NCBI GenBank assembly: GCA_043228905.1 | Contig: JBHGNT010000238.1 | Span: forward strand, 1 to 46,787 | Direction: 5' to 3' | Length of the DNA stretch: 46,787 nucleotides | From: Azolla caroliniana | Taxonomy: Eukaryota; Plantae; Polypodiophyta | In this document: one piece after another, positions 32,476-42,689 of the stretch | How the letters are laid out: every line of letters starts with the position of its first letter | Position numbering within the stretch: position 1 is the stretch's first letter | Position numbers and translations under genes: made by a program | Notes under the pieces: generated by a model | What the model was told of the DNA's origin: nothing | The model's input: only the letters and a program-made list of their open reading frames with translations | Databases searched by the model: none

Positions 32476-35400
32476 ACCTGTACGATAAAACCGAAGAAAC
32501 CTTGTACCATAGGTAGGGAATTTTTGTTCTCCGACAGCGGAGCGTGTGCGATGGTCGGCATCGCCGGCCGAGAGAAAACAAAGACGGAGGCGAGACTTCG
32601 AGCGTGCGGAGTTCTCGGCCCGGACGAGGAAATCAACGGAGCCGTGGAGGCGGTCTCATTCGACGACACCTTGGGAATGCTGGGAAAGGTAGTCGAAGAA
32701 GGCCTTAACGACAACCGGACGATACCGGTGTGTTCCGAGGAGATGTACGAAGTCATCGCGGACTTCGGTCGAGGGCTCGAGTCAGTTCGGACGGCCCACG
32801 TAAACACCAAGTACAAGACTGTGGACCGGAAGGTAAGGCCAGTAGCGGCACCCTTACCGGAGGACAGCGCGTCGAGAATCAAAGGGGTTGCATCAGACCC
32901 TAGTCTACGAGATCCGGCCTGCATAGGGCACACCTTCACTGACGAGACGCTCCGAGAGCTCAAAATCGGTGGGGGCGGGTTCCTACTGCCGGCGGAGGAA
33001 GACCGGTTTCGGAGAATGCTCGGAAGGCACGGGAAAGCCTTCGCATTCTCGCCGGAGGAAATCGGGTGCGTTGACCCGACGATCGTGGAGCCGATGGTGA
33101 TATTCACGGTACCGCATGTACCATGGAATCTCAAGCCAATCCCGGTTCCGAGAGCTCACATCCCGAAGTTGATGGAGCTGCTGAGGCAGAAAGTTGATAT
33201 GGGAATTCTCGAGCCGTCGAGCGCCCCATATTCGAATCGATGGTTTACCGTACCGAAGAAAAACGGTTCGCTGCGCTTCATCCAGGACCTGCAGCCGGTC
33301 AATCGAGTGACCATTCGGAACGCAGGAATCGGACCGACCATAGACGAGTTCGCGGAGGCCTTCGCCGGAAGGTCAATTTACTCGGTCGGGGATCTATACT
33401 CAGGGTACGACCAGTTCCAGCTGGCCGTGGAGAGCAGAGACCTTACGACGATGCGAACTCCCCTCGGCCTAGTTCGGATGTGTACACTGCCGCAAGGAGG
33501 GACCAACTCGGTGGCCCACATGGTGAATGCGATGAACAAGGTTCTGAGGGACTGTGTCCCGGACATTACCATGCCGTTTCTGGACGACATCCCGATCAAG
33601 GGATGCCCGGTGGAAGAAAAGGACGAGACGATCGGGCCGGACGGATGCCGGCGATTCGTGGCGACGCACGTCGACGACTGCGAGAAGGTGCTGCAAAGGC
33701 TAGAGGATGCGAGACTCACCTTCTCCGGGGAGAAGTCGGCCTTCGGGCAGTCAGAAATCATGGTGGTCGGACACCTGTGCGGACCATATGGCCGGAAACC
33801 GTCTCCGGCGAAGGTAGAAGCCATCTCCGCGATGAAGCCCGACTGCAGCTCGGTCACGGAAGTACGGAGATTCCTGGGGGCATGCGCGTTCTACCACATA
33901 TGGATCCCGCATTACGCACACGTCGCGGAGCCACTGTACGGGTTGCTGAAAAAGGGGCGAAGGTTCGAATGGCTAGACAAGCACGCGGAATCGGTCCGGA
34001 AGCTGAAAGAGGCCCTTGCAGCGGCACCGGCACTCCGGAAGGCGGTTTACGGGAAGGGTACCCCGGTATTCATAACGGTGGATACCAGTCCGACCGGGAT
34101 CGGATGGGTCGTGAACCAGGAAGACGAGGACGGCAATCGGTTTCCGATCCGATTCGGCGCGAAAGTCCTCAGTGAACGGCAGCGAGGGTACGCCCAGGTT
34201 AAACGCGAACTCTGGGGTATTGTTTCGGCGGTTAAGGCCGACAAAGACTACCTGATAGGGACGGAAGTGATCATCGAGACGGATTGCCTGCCGATTCTCG
34301 GTATGGTTTCCGGATGCGCGACTCCGGACCTGGCGATGCTCAGGTGGATAGCGTACATCAAGTCCCTGGACCCGGAAATACGACACATTTCCGGGAAAGA
34401 CAACGCCATGGCCGACATGCTTTCGAGGGCGAGGTACGACGACGAGGGCGGCATGGTTTCGGAAGACGAAGAAGTCGGCGTGGATTTCTTCGAGGCGGCA
34501 TACATAACGACCGACGGGATGAGCACTCCGGCGCTTAACGAGTTCGACGCGAGCAAGTACGACGGGGAATGGCTGCAGATCGGCGGGTTTTTGAAGACGA
34601 TGACGCCCGATGCGTCATGGACGAAGGACGAGGCCAACCGGATCCGGAAGAAAGCATATCGATTCTTTCTCCGAGATGGGCATCTATGGAAGCACCCGAA
34701 GAAGAGGGACGGCGTCCCGCTCCGAGTGGTGGCGATGAAGGAAGAGCAGGAGGAGCTACTGGCGGCCTACCACGACAGCCCTTGGGCTGGACACCGTGGA
34801 ACGTGGGCGACGTTTGAGAAGCTGAAGGGAAAGTACTGGTGGCCGGGATTGTACCGGGACGTGCATCGGTTCGTGTCAACTTGCGAGAGTTGTCAGATGC
34901 ACTCGATAGTCCGACACCGGGACGGGCTTCACCCTACGTACCCTCTGACTATCCACTTCAAATGGATGGTAGATCTGGTGACGATGCCGATGGGGGTAGG
35001 ACAGATGCGGTATCTGGTCCTAGCGCGGGAAGACCTGACGAACCAGGTGGAAGGCCGAGCCCTTCAGAACAAGACGACCGCGGCCGTGTGTCGGTTCCTA
35101 GTCGAGGACGTGATATGCCGGTACGGGTGCGTCGGGAAGATCGTGGCTGACCGAGGGGAGTTGGACGCCGAAGAGGCCGCGGAGCTGTTCGACCGGCTTG
35201 GAGTCAAGCTCTCGCTCACCACTGCGTACAATCCGGAGGCGAATGGAAAGGTGGAGCGCGGACACGGACCGATCGTCAAGGCGTTGATTCGGGCATGCGG
35301 AGGCCAAGTCGGTAACTGGCCGCGGCTGCTACCTTATGCTTTGTGGGCAGACCGGACCACGCACAGTTCGGTAACCGGGTACATGCCGACGGAGCTCATG

Positions 35401-35907
35401 TTCGGCCAGAAGCCGATCATGCCGGTTGAACGGACGATCTCCTCGTGGGCAACGGTCGACTGGAGGGACGAGATGAGCCGGGAGGAGTTGTTGGTCGCAC
35501 GTATACGACAGCTCGAGCGGAGGCCGGAGGACGTGGCACTGGCTACGGAGAAGCTCCGGGTGGCGAGGACAAAGAACAAAGCCCGGTTCGACCGAACGCA
35601 CCGGCTACGACCGAAGAAAATCGAAGAAGGTGACTGGGTGCTCGTCTACGACAGCAGCCTCGACAACCAGCACCGAGCCACACGGAAGTTCGCACGAAGG
35701 TGGTTCGGGCCTTACGTGGTACGGAGTGCCAATGACAACGGGACATATCACCTGGCGGAACTTGACGGCACGAGAATGGCGATACCGGTTGCAGGGAAGC
35801 GGATCAAAGCGTTCAAGAAGCGACACGACGACGAGCCAGACCCGGCTCTCCTGGTCGGCAATGACGAACGATCCGAAAATGAAGAAGAACCGACGGGCGA
35901 GGAATGA
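32416..35907 (+). CDS. pol: Retrotransposon Pol (RT, RNase H, integrase with GPY motif), probably expressed by -1 frameshift from gag-pro
   Basis: RT motifs DLYSGYDQF, LPQG, FLDD. RNase H motifs VDTS, RELWG, ETDC, ADMLSR. Integrase H-X6-H...CESC, VDLV, ADRG, GKVER, WFGPY. The frame is open from 32416 through the ORF-track start at 32524. Confidence 0.95.
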   Translation, partial: LERAAKAWGRDSPDTPGKPHTCTIKPKKPCTIGREFLFSDSGACAMVGIAGREKTKTEARLRACGVLGPDEEINGAVEAVSFDDTLGMLGKVVEEGLNDNRTIPVCSEEMYEVIADFGRGLESVRTAHVNTKYKTVDRKVRPVAAPLPEDSASRIKGVASDPSLRDPACIGHTFTDETLRELKIGGGGFLLPAEEDRFRRMLGRHGKAFAFSPEEIGCVDPTIVEPMVIFTVPHVPWNLKPIPVPRAHIPKLMELLRQKVDMGILEPSSAPYSNRWFTVPKKNGSLRFIQDLQPVNRVTIRNAGIGPTIDEFAEAFAGRSIYSVGDLYSGYDQFQLAVESRDLTTMRTPLGLVRMCTLPQGGTNSVAHMVNAMNKVLRDCVPDITMPFLDDIPIKGCPVEEKDETIGPDGCRRFVATHVDDCEKVLQRLEDARLTFSGEKSAFGQSEIMVVGHLCGPYGRKPSPAKVEAISAMKPDCSSVTEVRRFLGACAFYHIWIPHYAHVAEPLYGLLKKGRRFEWLDKHAESVRKLKEALAAAPALRKAVYGKGTPVFITVDTSPTGIGWVVNQEDEDGNRFPIRFGAKVLSERQRGYAQVKRELWGIVSAVKADKDYLIGTEVIIETDCLPILGMVSGCATPDLAMLRWIAYIKSLDPEIRHISGKDNAMADMLSRARYDDEGGMVSEDEEVGVDFFEAAYITTDGMSTPALNEFDASKYDGEWLQIGGFLKTMTPDASWTKDEANRIRKKAYRFFLRDGHLWKHPKKRDGVPLRVVAMKEEQEELLAAYHDSPWAGHRGTWATFEKLKGKYWWPGLYRDVHRFVSTCESCQMHSIVRHRDGLHPTYPLTIHFKWMVDLVTMPMGVGQMRYLVLAREDLTNQVEGRALQNKTTAAVCRFLVEDVICRYGCVGKIVADRGELDAEEAAELFDRLGVKLSLTTAYNPEANGKVERGHGPIVKALIRACGGQVGNWPRLLPYALWADRTTHSSVTGYMPTELMFGQKPIMPVERTISSWATVDWRDEMSREELLVARIRQLERRPEDVALATEKLRVARTKNKARFDRTHRLRPKKIEEGDWVLVYDSSLDNQHRATRKFARRWFGPYVVRSANDNGTYHLAELDGTRMAIPVAGKRIKAFKKRHDDEPDPALLVGNDERSENEEEPTGEE

Positions 35908-35965
35908 AGACGGGCCGGTTTTCTCCGTCCCAACTCTCTTGGCGAATACCGGAGGATGCGCGGTT

Positions 35966-35978
35966 AGGTGGGGGCGGA
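35966..35978 (+). other. Polypurine tract
   Basis: AGGTGGGGGCGGA immediately before the 3' LTR. Confidence 0.75.
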
Positions 35979-36777
35979 TGTCGTGAAGAAAACCGTCTAT
36001 AGGCGGAATCGGCGCACCAAGGCGTGGGAACCGGTTCTTCACGCGCGCACGCTCCGAGTTGTACATAGAAACTAATTGAGAGGATAATCGGCAGGAACGG
36101 GCCCTAACTCAAGTGCAGACAAAGACCGCGCGAACAGTCTTTTCGGTCGCGCGCGCGAACTGTACGAGTCGGCGGCGTAACTACGCGGATCCGTGAAAAA
36201 CGGAGCGGATCCCTGTCCAAAAGGGACAGGGAATAAAGCTGACACGACGGCCTGTTCGTCGGCCTATATAAGGAGCGGGAAAGAGCTGTTGCAGGGATCT
36301 GGCGCGGAGAGGACGAAGTGCTGTCGGACCGTTTCTGGACGCTTCGCTCTCTCTGTTTCCTTCCTTCTTGAGCTCCAAAGCTTTCTGTGCAGGGTTCCGG
36401 GGAGGCTCGCGCTGTTTCGAGGAACGCCCGAGTGCTTCCGGCAGCACCTCCGACCTGCTACCCCCCCCCATTTCCCCGTTTGTGCGTCGAAGCGAACAGG
36501 CATCGGCATCTGTTCGCCGGCCTGTTCGGTTGCAACCAACCTGTGCCCCATCGGGGGTTGTAGTCGTGTTAGCCATTTTGTTAATACACATATTTAGTCA
36601 TTCGCATCCGTCTGTGTCGGTGTCTGTTCGCGTTCTCCGTGCTGAAGGGCCGTGTCCCTGTGTATCCCCGGTCCTGCGTAGCAGGTTCTCTCTCTTTCTC
36701 CTCCCTCGCTTGCTCTTTGGTTCGAGACCCCCGCGGTCCCGCCTCTATTCCACACGCACTTGCGTAATATCTCGACA
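35979..36777 (+). repeat. 3' LTR (799 bp)
   Basis: Starts TGTCGTGAAG directly after the PPT and ends CTCGACA before ACGG. Contains an extra 60 bp at 36111-36170. Confidence 0.97.
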
Positions 36778-37733
36778 ACGGTCCCGCCCTACAGACCTAG
36801 CATTGGCCGCGGTACACGCGGCGAGCATGATCACGGCCATGAGGAATACGGAAGTAAGCTTTGCCATTGCGATTGTCCTTATGATCCCGGTGCTTGTCTC
36901 CTAATGGATTGTATTGACATTGCTCCCTCCACCTTTAATATATACACATGGCCATGCAATCAGAGCACATGCATGTCACTCACCACTCCCATTACCATAA
37001 CGTGTGTGTCCCTGCGTACAACTCTTGCCCAAGACCCATACCAACTAGTCCACCCTCCCACACGTCTAGGCTAGTCCTAGGTGTCGTATTGTCACCAGAC
37101 AATCTGGGCGCAACCTGTGGCGGGTACTCCTCCTCCTCCTCGCGCGAGAGCTTGTCGAGCAACATAACATTTATACATACGTAGGTAGATGTGCGCACTC
37201 GCGCGTGCGCGTAGGGGTGTGCGGGCACGTGCACATTAAACTAGCACGCGCTAGTGCCGAGACACTAAGCACGCGGAGGCTACTGCGGGACGAGTGGTGG
37301 CTCCCGAGTGTGCTACATCGATGAACGTAGATAGACCGGTGTCCGTACTCGCTCGTTCGGACGAGGGGTTGGTAACGACGACGACAAGGAAAGCTAACCG
37401 GACTACCACACTAGGAGTGTCCTATCGGGCAAGTGTGGAAGCAAGTTCACATTCGCCGCGTGTACAAGTTGACCTTAGCCGTTGCCGTGGCGTGTGCGGT
37501 ATGGGTGGGTGTTCCGCTTTGATGTTTTTTTTCCGTTTGGGTGGTTTGCGGTCCCTATAGGCAAATTCTATACGTTGGTGGTCGTGTCTACGTTCGTGTT
37601 GGAGGGACGTTGGTGCTCGTGTTTACGTTCGTGTGGGTGTAATGCGCGATTGGGGAGACGCACTTGTTCGTAAACACTTACGAGAAATTAGAGAGAGACC
37701 ACGAGAATAATTTGAACAAGGTTTATGTACTAT

Positions 37734-38519
37734 TTAGAAGCGACGAATACAAGCACGAGGGCGAAGATCGCACTGTTGGAGTAGGCGGGAGGCGGCGACG
37801 CCTAGAGCTCTTTCCTCGTCATCGGCCTTGAATTGGCGACGTTGTTGACGTTCGTCCTCTTGTCGTCGAGACATGCGGTGGCGGCGTTCGTCACCCTCTC
37901 GTCGCTCACGGCTGCTATCTCTCTCGCGCTCCTCGTCCTCTTCCTCCCAGCTACGGTGTTCCCTTGATTGTTGGCCATGGCGTCGGCCTTCATCATTGCG
38001 TCGTTCCTCCTCGTCAGCATACAAGGCATCACGTAGGCGATCGCATCGATCTTCGGCGGGGATTCGTTCGACGTTCCTGCAGCACCGTTCCGAGGGTCTT
38101 GAGTATCGAGTGTTTTCGATCCATGGGGAGCGACGTCCTTGTTCACCTTCCTCTCTTTCGGAGCGCTCTTGTAGCTCTCGGATCTGCTTGTCGATGAAAT
38201 CACCGCACTCTCGCCTCAGTTCCTCGTCACGTGGCTCATCGCGACCACGGCTACGACGTTCCCTTTCCTCTTCGGAGTCTCTCTTGTTGTCTCTGTAGCG
38301 GCGCCCCTCCTCAAGGAACCCCTCACGACGTCGCTCGCGCCTCTCGTCATCGCACTCCCCCTCTCGGCGTCGGTCGCGCCTCTCCTCGTCAATGTCTCCC
38401 TCACGACGTCGATCGCGTCGCTCCTCTTCACGGTCCCGCCCTACAGACCTAGCATTGGCCGCGGTACACGCGGCGAGCATGATCACGGCCATGAGGAATA
38501 CGGAAGTAAGCTTTGCCAT
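37734..38519 (-). CDS. 2S albumin-like storage protein, copy 19
   Basis: Protein identical to copy 1. Confidence 0.82.
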   Translation of the reverse strand: MAKLTSVFLMAVIMLAACTAANARSVGRDREEERRDRRREGDIDEERRDRRREGECDDERRERRREGFLEEGRRYRDNKRDSEEERERRSRGRDEPRDEELRRECGDFIDKQIRELQERSEREEGEQGRRSPWIENTRYSRPSERCCRNVERIPAEDRCDRLRDALYADEEERRNDEGRRHGQQSREHRSWEEEDEERERDSSRERREGDERRHRMSRRQEDERQQRRQFKADDEERALGVAASRLLQQCDLRPRACIRRF

Positions 38520-39385
38520 TGCGATTGTCCTTATGATCCCGGTGCTTGTCTCCTAATGGATTGTATTGACATTGCTCCCTCCACCTTTAATATATACACA
38601 TGGCCATGCAATCAGAGCACATGCATGTCACTCACCACTCCCATTACCATAACGTGTGTGTCCCTGCGTACAACTCTTGCCCAAGACCCATACCAACTAG
38701 TCCACCCTCCCACACGTCTAGGCTAGTCCTAGGTGTCGTATTGTCACCAGACAATCTGGGCGCAACCTGTGGCGGGTACTCCTCCTCCTCCTCGCGCGAG
38801 AGCTTGTCGAGCAACATAACATTTATACATACGTAGGTAGATGTGCGCACTCGCGCGTGCGCGTAGGGGTGTGCGGGCACGTGCACATTAAACTAGCACG
38901 CGCTAGTGCCGAGACACTAAGCACGCGGAGGCTACTGCGGGACGAGTGGTGGCTCCCGAGTGTGCTACATCGATGAACGTAGATAGACCGGTGTCCGTAC
39001 TCGCTCGTTCGGACGAGGGGTTGGTAACGACGACGACAAGGAAAGCTAACCGGACTACCACACTAGGAGTGTCCTATCGGGCAAGTGTGGAAGCAAGTTC
39101 ACATTCGCCGCGTGTACAAGTTGACCTTAGCCGTTGCCGTGGCGTGTGCGGTATGGGTGGGTGTTCCGCTTTGATGTTTTTTTTCCGTTTGGGTGGTTTG
39201 CGGTCCCTATAGGCAAATTCTATACGTTGGTGGTCGTGTCTACGTTCGTGTTGGAGGGACGTTGGTGCTCGTGTTTACGTTCGTGTGGGTGTAATGCGCG
39301 ATTGGGGAGACGCACTTGTTCGTAAACACTTACGAGAAATTAGAGAGAGACCACGAGAATAATTTGAACAAGGTTTATGTACTAT

Positions 39386-40171
39386 TTAGAAGCGACGAAT
39401 ACAAGCACGAGGGCGAAGATCGCACTGTTGGAGTAGGCGGGAGGCGGCGACGCCTAGAGCTCTTTCCTCGTCATCGGCCTTGAATTGGCGACGTTGTTGA
39501 CGTTCGTCCTCTTGTCGTCGAGACATGCGGTGGCGGCGTTCGTCACCCTCTCGTCGCTCACGGCTGCTATCTCTCTCGCGCTCCTCGTCCTCTTCCTCCC
39601 AGCTACGGTGTTCCCTTGATTGTTGGCCATGGCGTCGGCCTTCATCATTGCGTCGTTCCTCCTCGTCAGCATACAAGGCATCACGTAGGCGATCGCATCG
39701 ATCTTCGGCGGGGATTCGTTCGACGTTCCTGCAGCACCGTTCCGAGGGTCTTGAGTATCGAGTGTTTTCGATCCATGGGGAGCGACGTCCTTGTTCACCT
39801 TCCTCTCTTTCGGAGCGCTCTTGTAGCTCTCGGATCTGCTTGTCGATGAAATCACCGCACTCTCGCCTCAGTTCCTCGTCACGTGGCTCATCGCGACCAC
39901 GGCTACGACGTTCCCTTTCCTCTTCGGAGTCTCTCTTGTTGTCTCTGTAGCGGCGCCCCTCCTCAAGGAACCCCTCACGACGTCGCTCGCGCCTCTCGTC
40001 ATCGCACTCCCCCTCTCGGCGTCGGTCGCGCCTCTCCTCGTCAATGTCTCCCTCACGACGTCGATCGCGTCGCTCCTCTTCACGGTCCCGCCCTACAGAC
40101 CTAGCATTGGCCGCGGTACACGCGGCGAGCATGATCACGGCCATGAGGAATACGGAAGTAAGCTTTGCCAT
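39386..40171 (-). CDS. 2S albumin-like storage protein, copy 20
   Basis: Protein identical to copy 1. Confidence 0.82.
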   Translation of the reverse strand: MAKLTSVFLMAVIMLAACTAANARSVGRDREEERRDRRREGDIDEERRDRRREGECDDERRERRREGFLEEGRRYRDNKRDSEEERERRSRGRDEPRDEELRRECGDFIDKQIRELQERSEREEGEQGRRSPWIENTRYSRPSERCCRNVERIPAEDRCDRLRDALYADEEERRNDEGRRHGQQSREHRSWEEEDEERERDSSRERREGDERRHRMSRRQEDERQQRRQFKADDEERALGVAASRLLQQCDLRPRACIRRF

Positions 40172-41037
40172 TGCGATTGTCCTTATGATCCCGGTGCTTG
40201 TCTCCTAATGGATTGTATTGACATTGCTCCCTCCACCTTTAATATATACACATGGCCATGCAATCAGAGCACATGCATGTCACTCACCACTCCCATTACC
40301 ATAACGTGTGTGTCCCTGCGTACAACTCTTGCCCAAGACCCATACCAACTAGTCCACCCTCCCACACGTCTAGGCTAGTCCTAGGTGTCGTATTGTCACC
40401 AGACAATCTGGGCGCAACCTGTGGCGGGTACTCCTCCTCCTCCTCGCGCGAGAGCTTGTCGAGCAACATAACATTTATACATACGTAGGTAGATGTGCGC
40501 ACTCGCGCGTGCGCGTAGGGGTGTGCGGGCACGTGCACATTAAACTAGCACGCGCTAGTGCCGAGACACTAAGCACGCGGAGGCTACTGCGGGACGAGTG
40601 GTGGCTCCCGAGTGTGCTACATCGATGAACGTAGATAGACCGGTGTCCGTACTCGCTCGTTCGGACGAGGGGTTGGTAACGACGACGACAAGGAAAGCTA
40701 ACCGGACTACCACACTAGGAGTGTCCTATCGGGCAAGTGTGGAAGCAAGTTCACATTCGCCGCGTGTACAAGTTGACCTTAGCCGTTGCCGTGGCGTGTG
40801 CGGTATGGGTGGGTGTTCCGCTTTGATGTTTTTTTTCCGTTTGGGTGGTTTGCGGTCCCTATAGGCAAATTCTATACGTTGGTGGTCGTGTCTACGTTCG
40901 TGTTGGAGGGACGTTGGTGCTCGTGTTTACGTTCGTGTGGGTGTAATGCGCGATTGGGGAGACGCACTTGTTCGTAAACACTTACGAGAAATTAGAGAGA
41001 GACCACGAGAATAATTTGAACAAGGTTTATGTACTAT

Positions 41038-41823
41038 TTAGAAGCGACGAATACAAGCACGAGGGCGAAGATCGCACTGTTGGAGTAGGCGGGAGGCGGC
41101 GACGCCTAGAGCTCTTTCCTCGTCATCGGCCTTGAATTGGCGACGTTGTTGACGTTCGTCCTCTTGTCGTCGAGACATGCGGTGGCGGCGTTCGTCACCC
41201 TCTCGTCGCTCACGGCTGCTATCTCTCTCGCGCTCCTCGTCCTCTTCCTCCCAGCTACGGTGTTCCCTTGATTGTTGGCCATGGCGTCGGCCTTCATCAT
41301 TGCGTCGTTCCTCCTCGTCAGCATACAAGGCATCACGTAGGCGATCGCATCGATCTTCGGCGGGGATTCGTTCGACGTTCCTGCAGCACCGTTCCGAGGG
41401 TCTTGAGTATCGAGTGTTTTCGATCCATGGGGAGCGACGTCCTTGTTCACCTTCCTCTCTTTCGGAGCGCTCTTGTAGCTCTCGGATCTGCTTGTCGATG
41501 AAATCACCGCACTCTCGCCTCAGTTCCTCGTCACGTGGCTCATCGCGACCACGGCTACGACGTTCCCTTTCCTCTTCGGAGTCTCTCTTGTTGTCTCTGT
41601 AGCGGCGCCCCTCCTCAAGGAACCCCTCACGACGTCGCTCGCGCCTCTCGTCATCGCACTCCCCCTCTCGGCGTCGGTCGCGCCTCTCCTCGTCAATGTC
41701 TCCCTCACGACGTCGATCGCGTCGCTCCTCTTCACGGTCCCGCCCTACAGACCTAGCATTGGCCGCGGTACACGCGGCGAGCATGATCACGGCCATGAGG
41801 AATACGGAAGTAAGCTTTGCCAT
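41038..41823 (-). CDS. 2S albumin-like storage protein, copy 21
   Basis: Protein identical to copy 1. Confidence 0.82.
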   Translation of the reverse strand: MAKLTSVFLMAVIMLAACTAANARSVGRDREEERRDRRREGDIDEERRDRRREGECDDERRERRREGFLEEGRRYRDNKRDSEEERERRSRGRDEPRDEELRRECGDFIDKQIRELQERSEREEGEQGRRSPWIENTRYSRPSERCCRNVERIPAEDRCDRLRDALYADEEERRNDEGRRHGQQSREHRSWEEEDEERERDSSRERREGDERRHRMSRRQEDERQQRRQFKADDEERALGVAASRLLQQCDLRPRACIRRF

Positions 41824-42689
41824 TGCGATTGTCCTTATGATCCCGGTGCTTGTCTCCTAATGGATTGTATTGACATTGCTCCCTCCACCTTTAATATATA
41901 CACATGGCCATGCAATCAGAGCACATGCATGTCACTCACCACTCCCATTACCATAACGTGTGTGTCCCTGCGTACAACTCTTGCCCAAGACCCATACCAA
42001 CTAGTCCACCCTCCCACACGTCTAGGCTAGTCCTAGGTGTCGTATTGTCACCAGACAATCTGGGCGCAACCTGTGGCGGGTACTCCTCCTCCTCCTCGCG
42101 CGAGAGCTTGTCGAGCAACATAACATTTATACATACGTAGGTAGATGTGCGCACTCGCGCGTGCGCGTAGGGGTGTGCGGGCACGTGCACATTAAACTAG
42201 CACGCGCTAGTGCCGAGACACTAAGCACGCGGAGGCTACTGCGGGACGAGTGGTGGCTCCCGAGTGTGCTACATCGATGAACGTAGATAGACCGGTGTCC
42301 GTACTCGCTCGTTCGGACGAGGGGTTGGTAACGACGACGACAAGGAAAGCTAACCGGACTACCACACTAGGAGTGTCCTATCGGGCAAGTGTGGAAGCAA
42401 GTTCACATTCGCCGCGTGTACAAGTTGACCTTAGCCGTTGCCGTGGCGTGTGCGGTATGGGTGGGTGTTCCGCTTTGATGTTTTTTTTCCGTTTGGGTGG
42501 TTTGCGGTCCCTATAGGCAAATTCTATACGTTGGTGGTCGTGTCTACGTTCGTGTTGGAGGGACGTTGGTGCTCGTGTTTACGTTCGTGTGGGTGTAATG
42601 CGCGATTGGGGAGACGCACTTGTTCGTAAACACTTACGAGAAATTAGAGAGAGACCACGAGAATAATTTGAACAAGGTTTATGTACTAT

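Larger units (their letters stand above)
29509..36777 (+). mobile_element. Full-length Ty3/gypsy LTR retrotransposon without a chromodomain, 7269 bp
   Basis: Two LTRs TGTCG...CGACA, ACGG target-site duplication (29505-29508 and 36778-36781), PBS, PPT, and domain order gag-PR-RT-RH-INT. Confidence 0.98.
28809..36867 (-). pseudogene. 2S albumin-like storage protein, copy 18, disrupted by an LTR retrotransposon after codon 30
   Basis: ATG at 36867-36865 and codons 1-30 (36867-36778) lie right of the element; the remainder lies at 28809-29508. Read-through into the antisense LTR hits TAG after 10 extra codons. Confidence 0.93.

Noticed and set aside
30448-33134. Long antisense ORFs within gag and pol (270, 224 and 258 aa)
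   Set aside because: Expected shadows of GC-rich coding sequence; no motifs.
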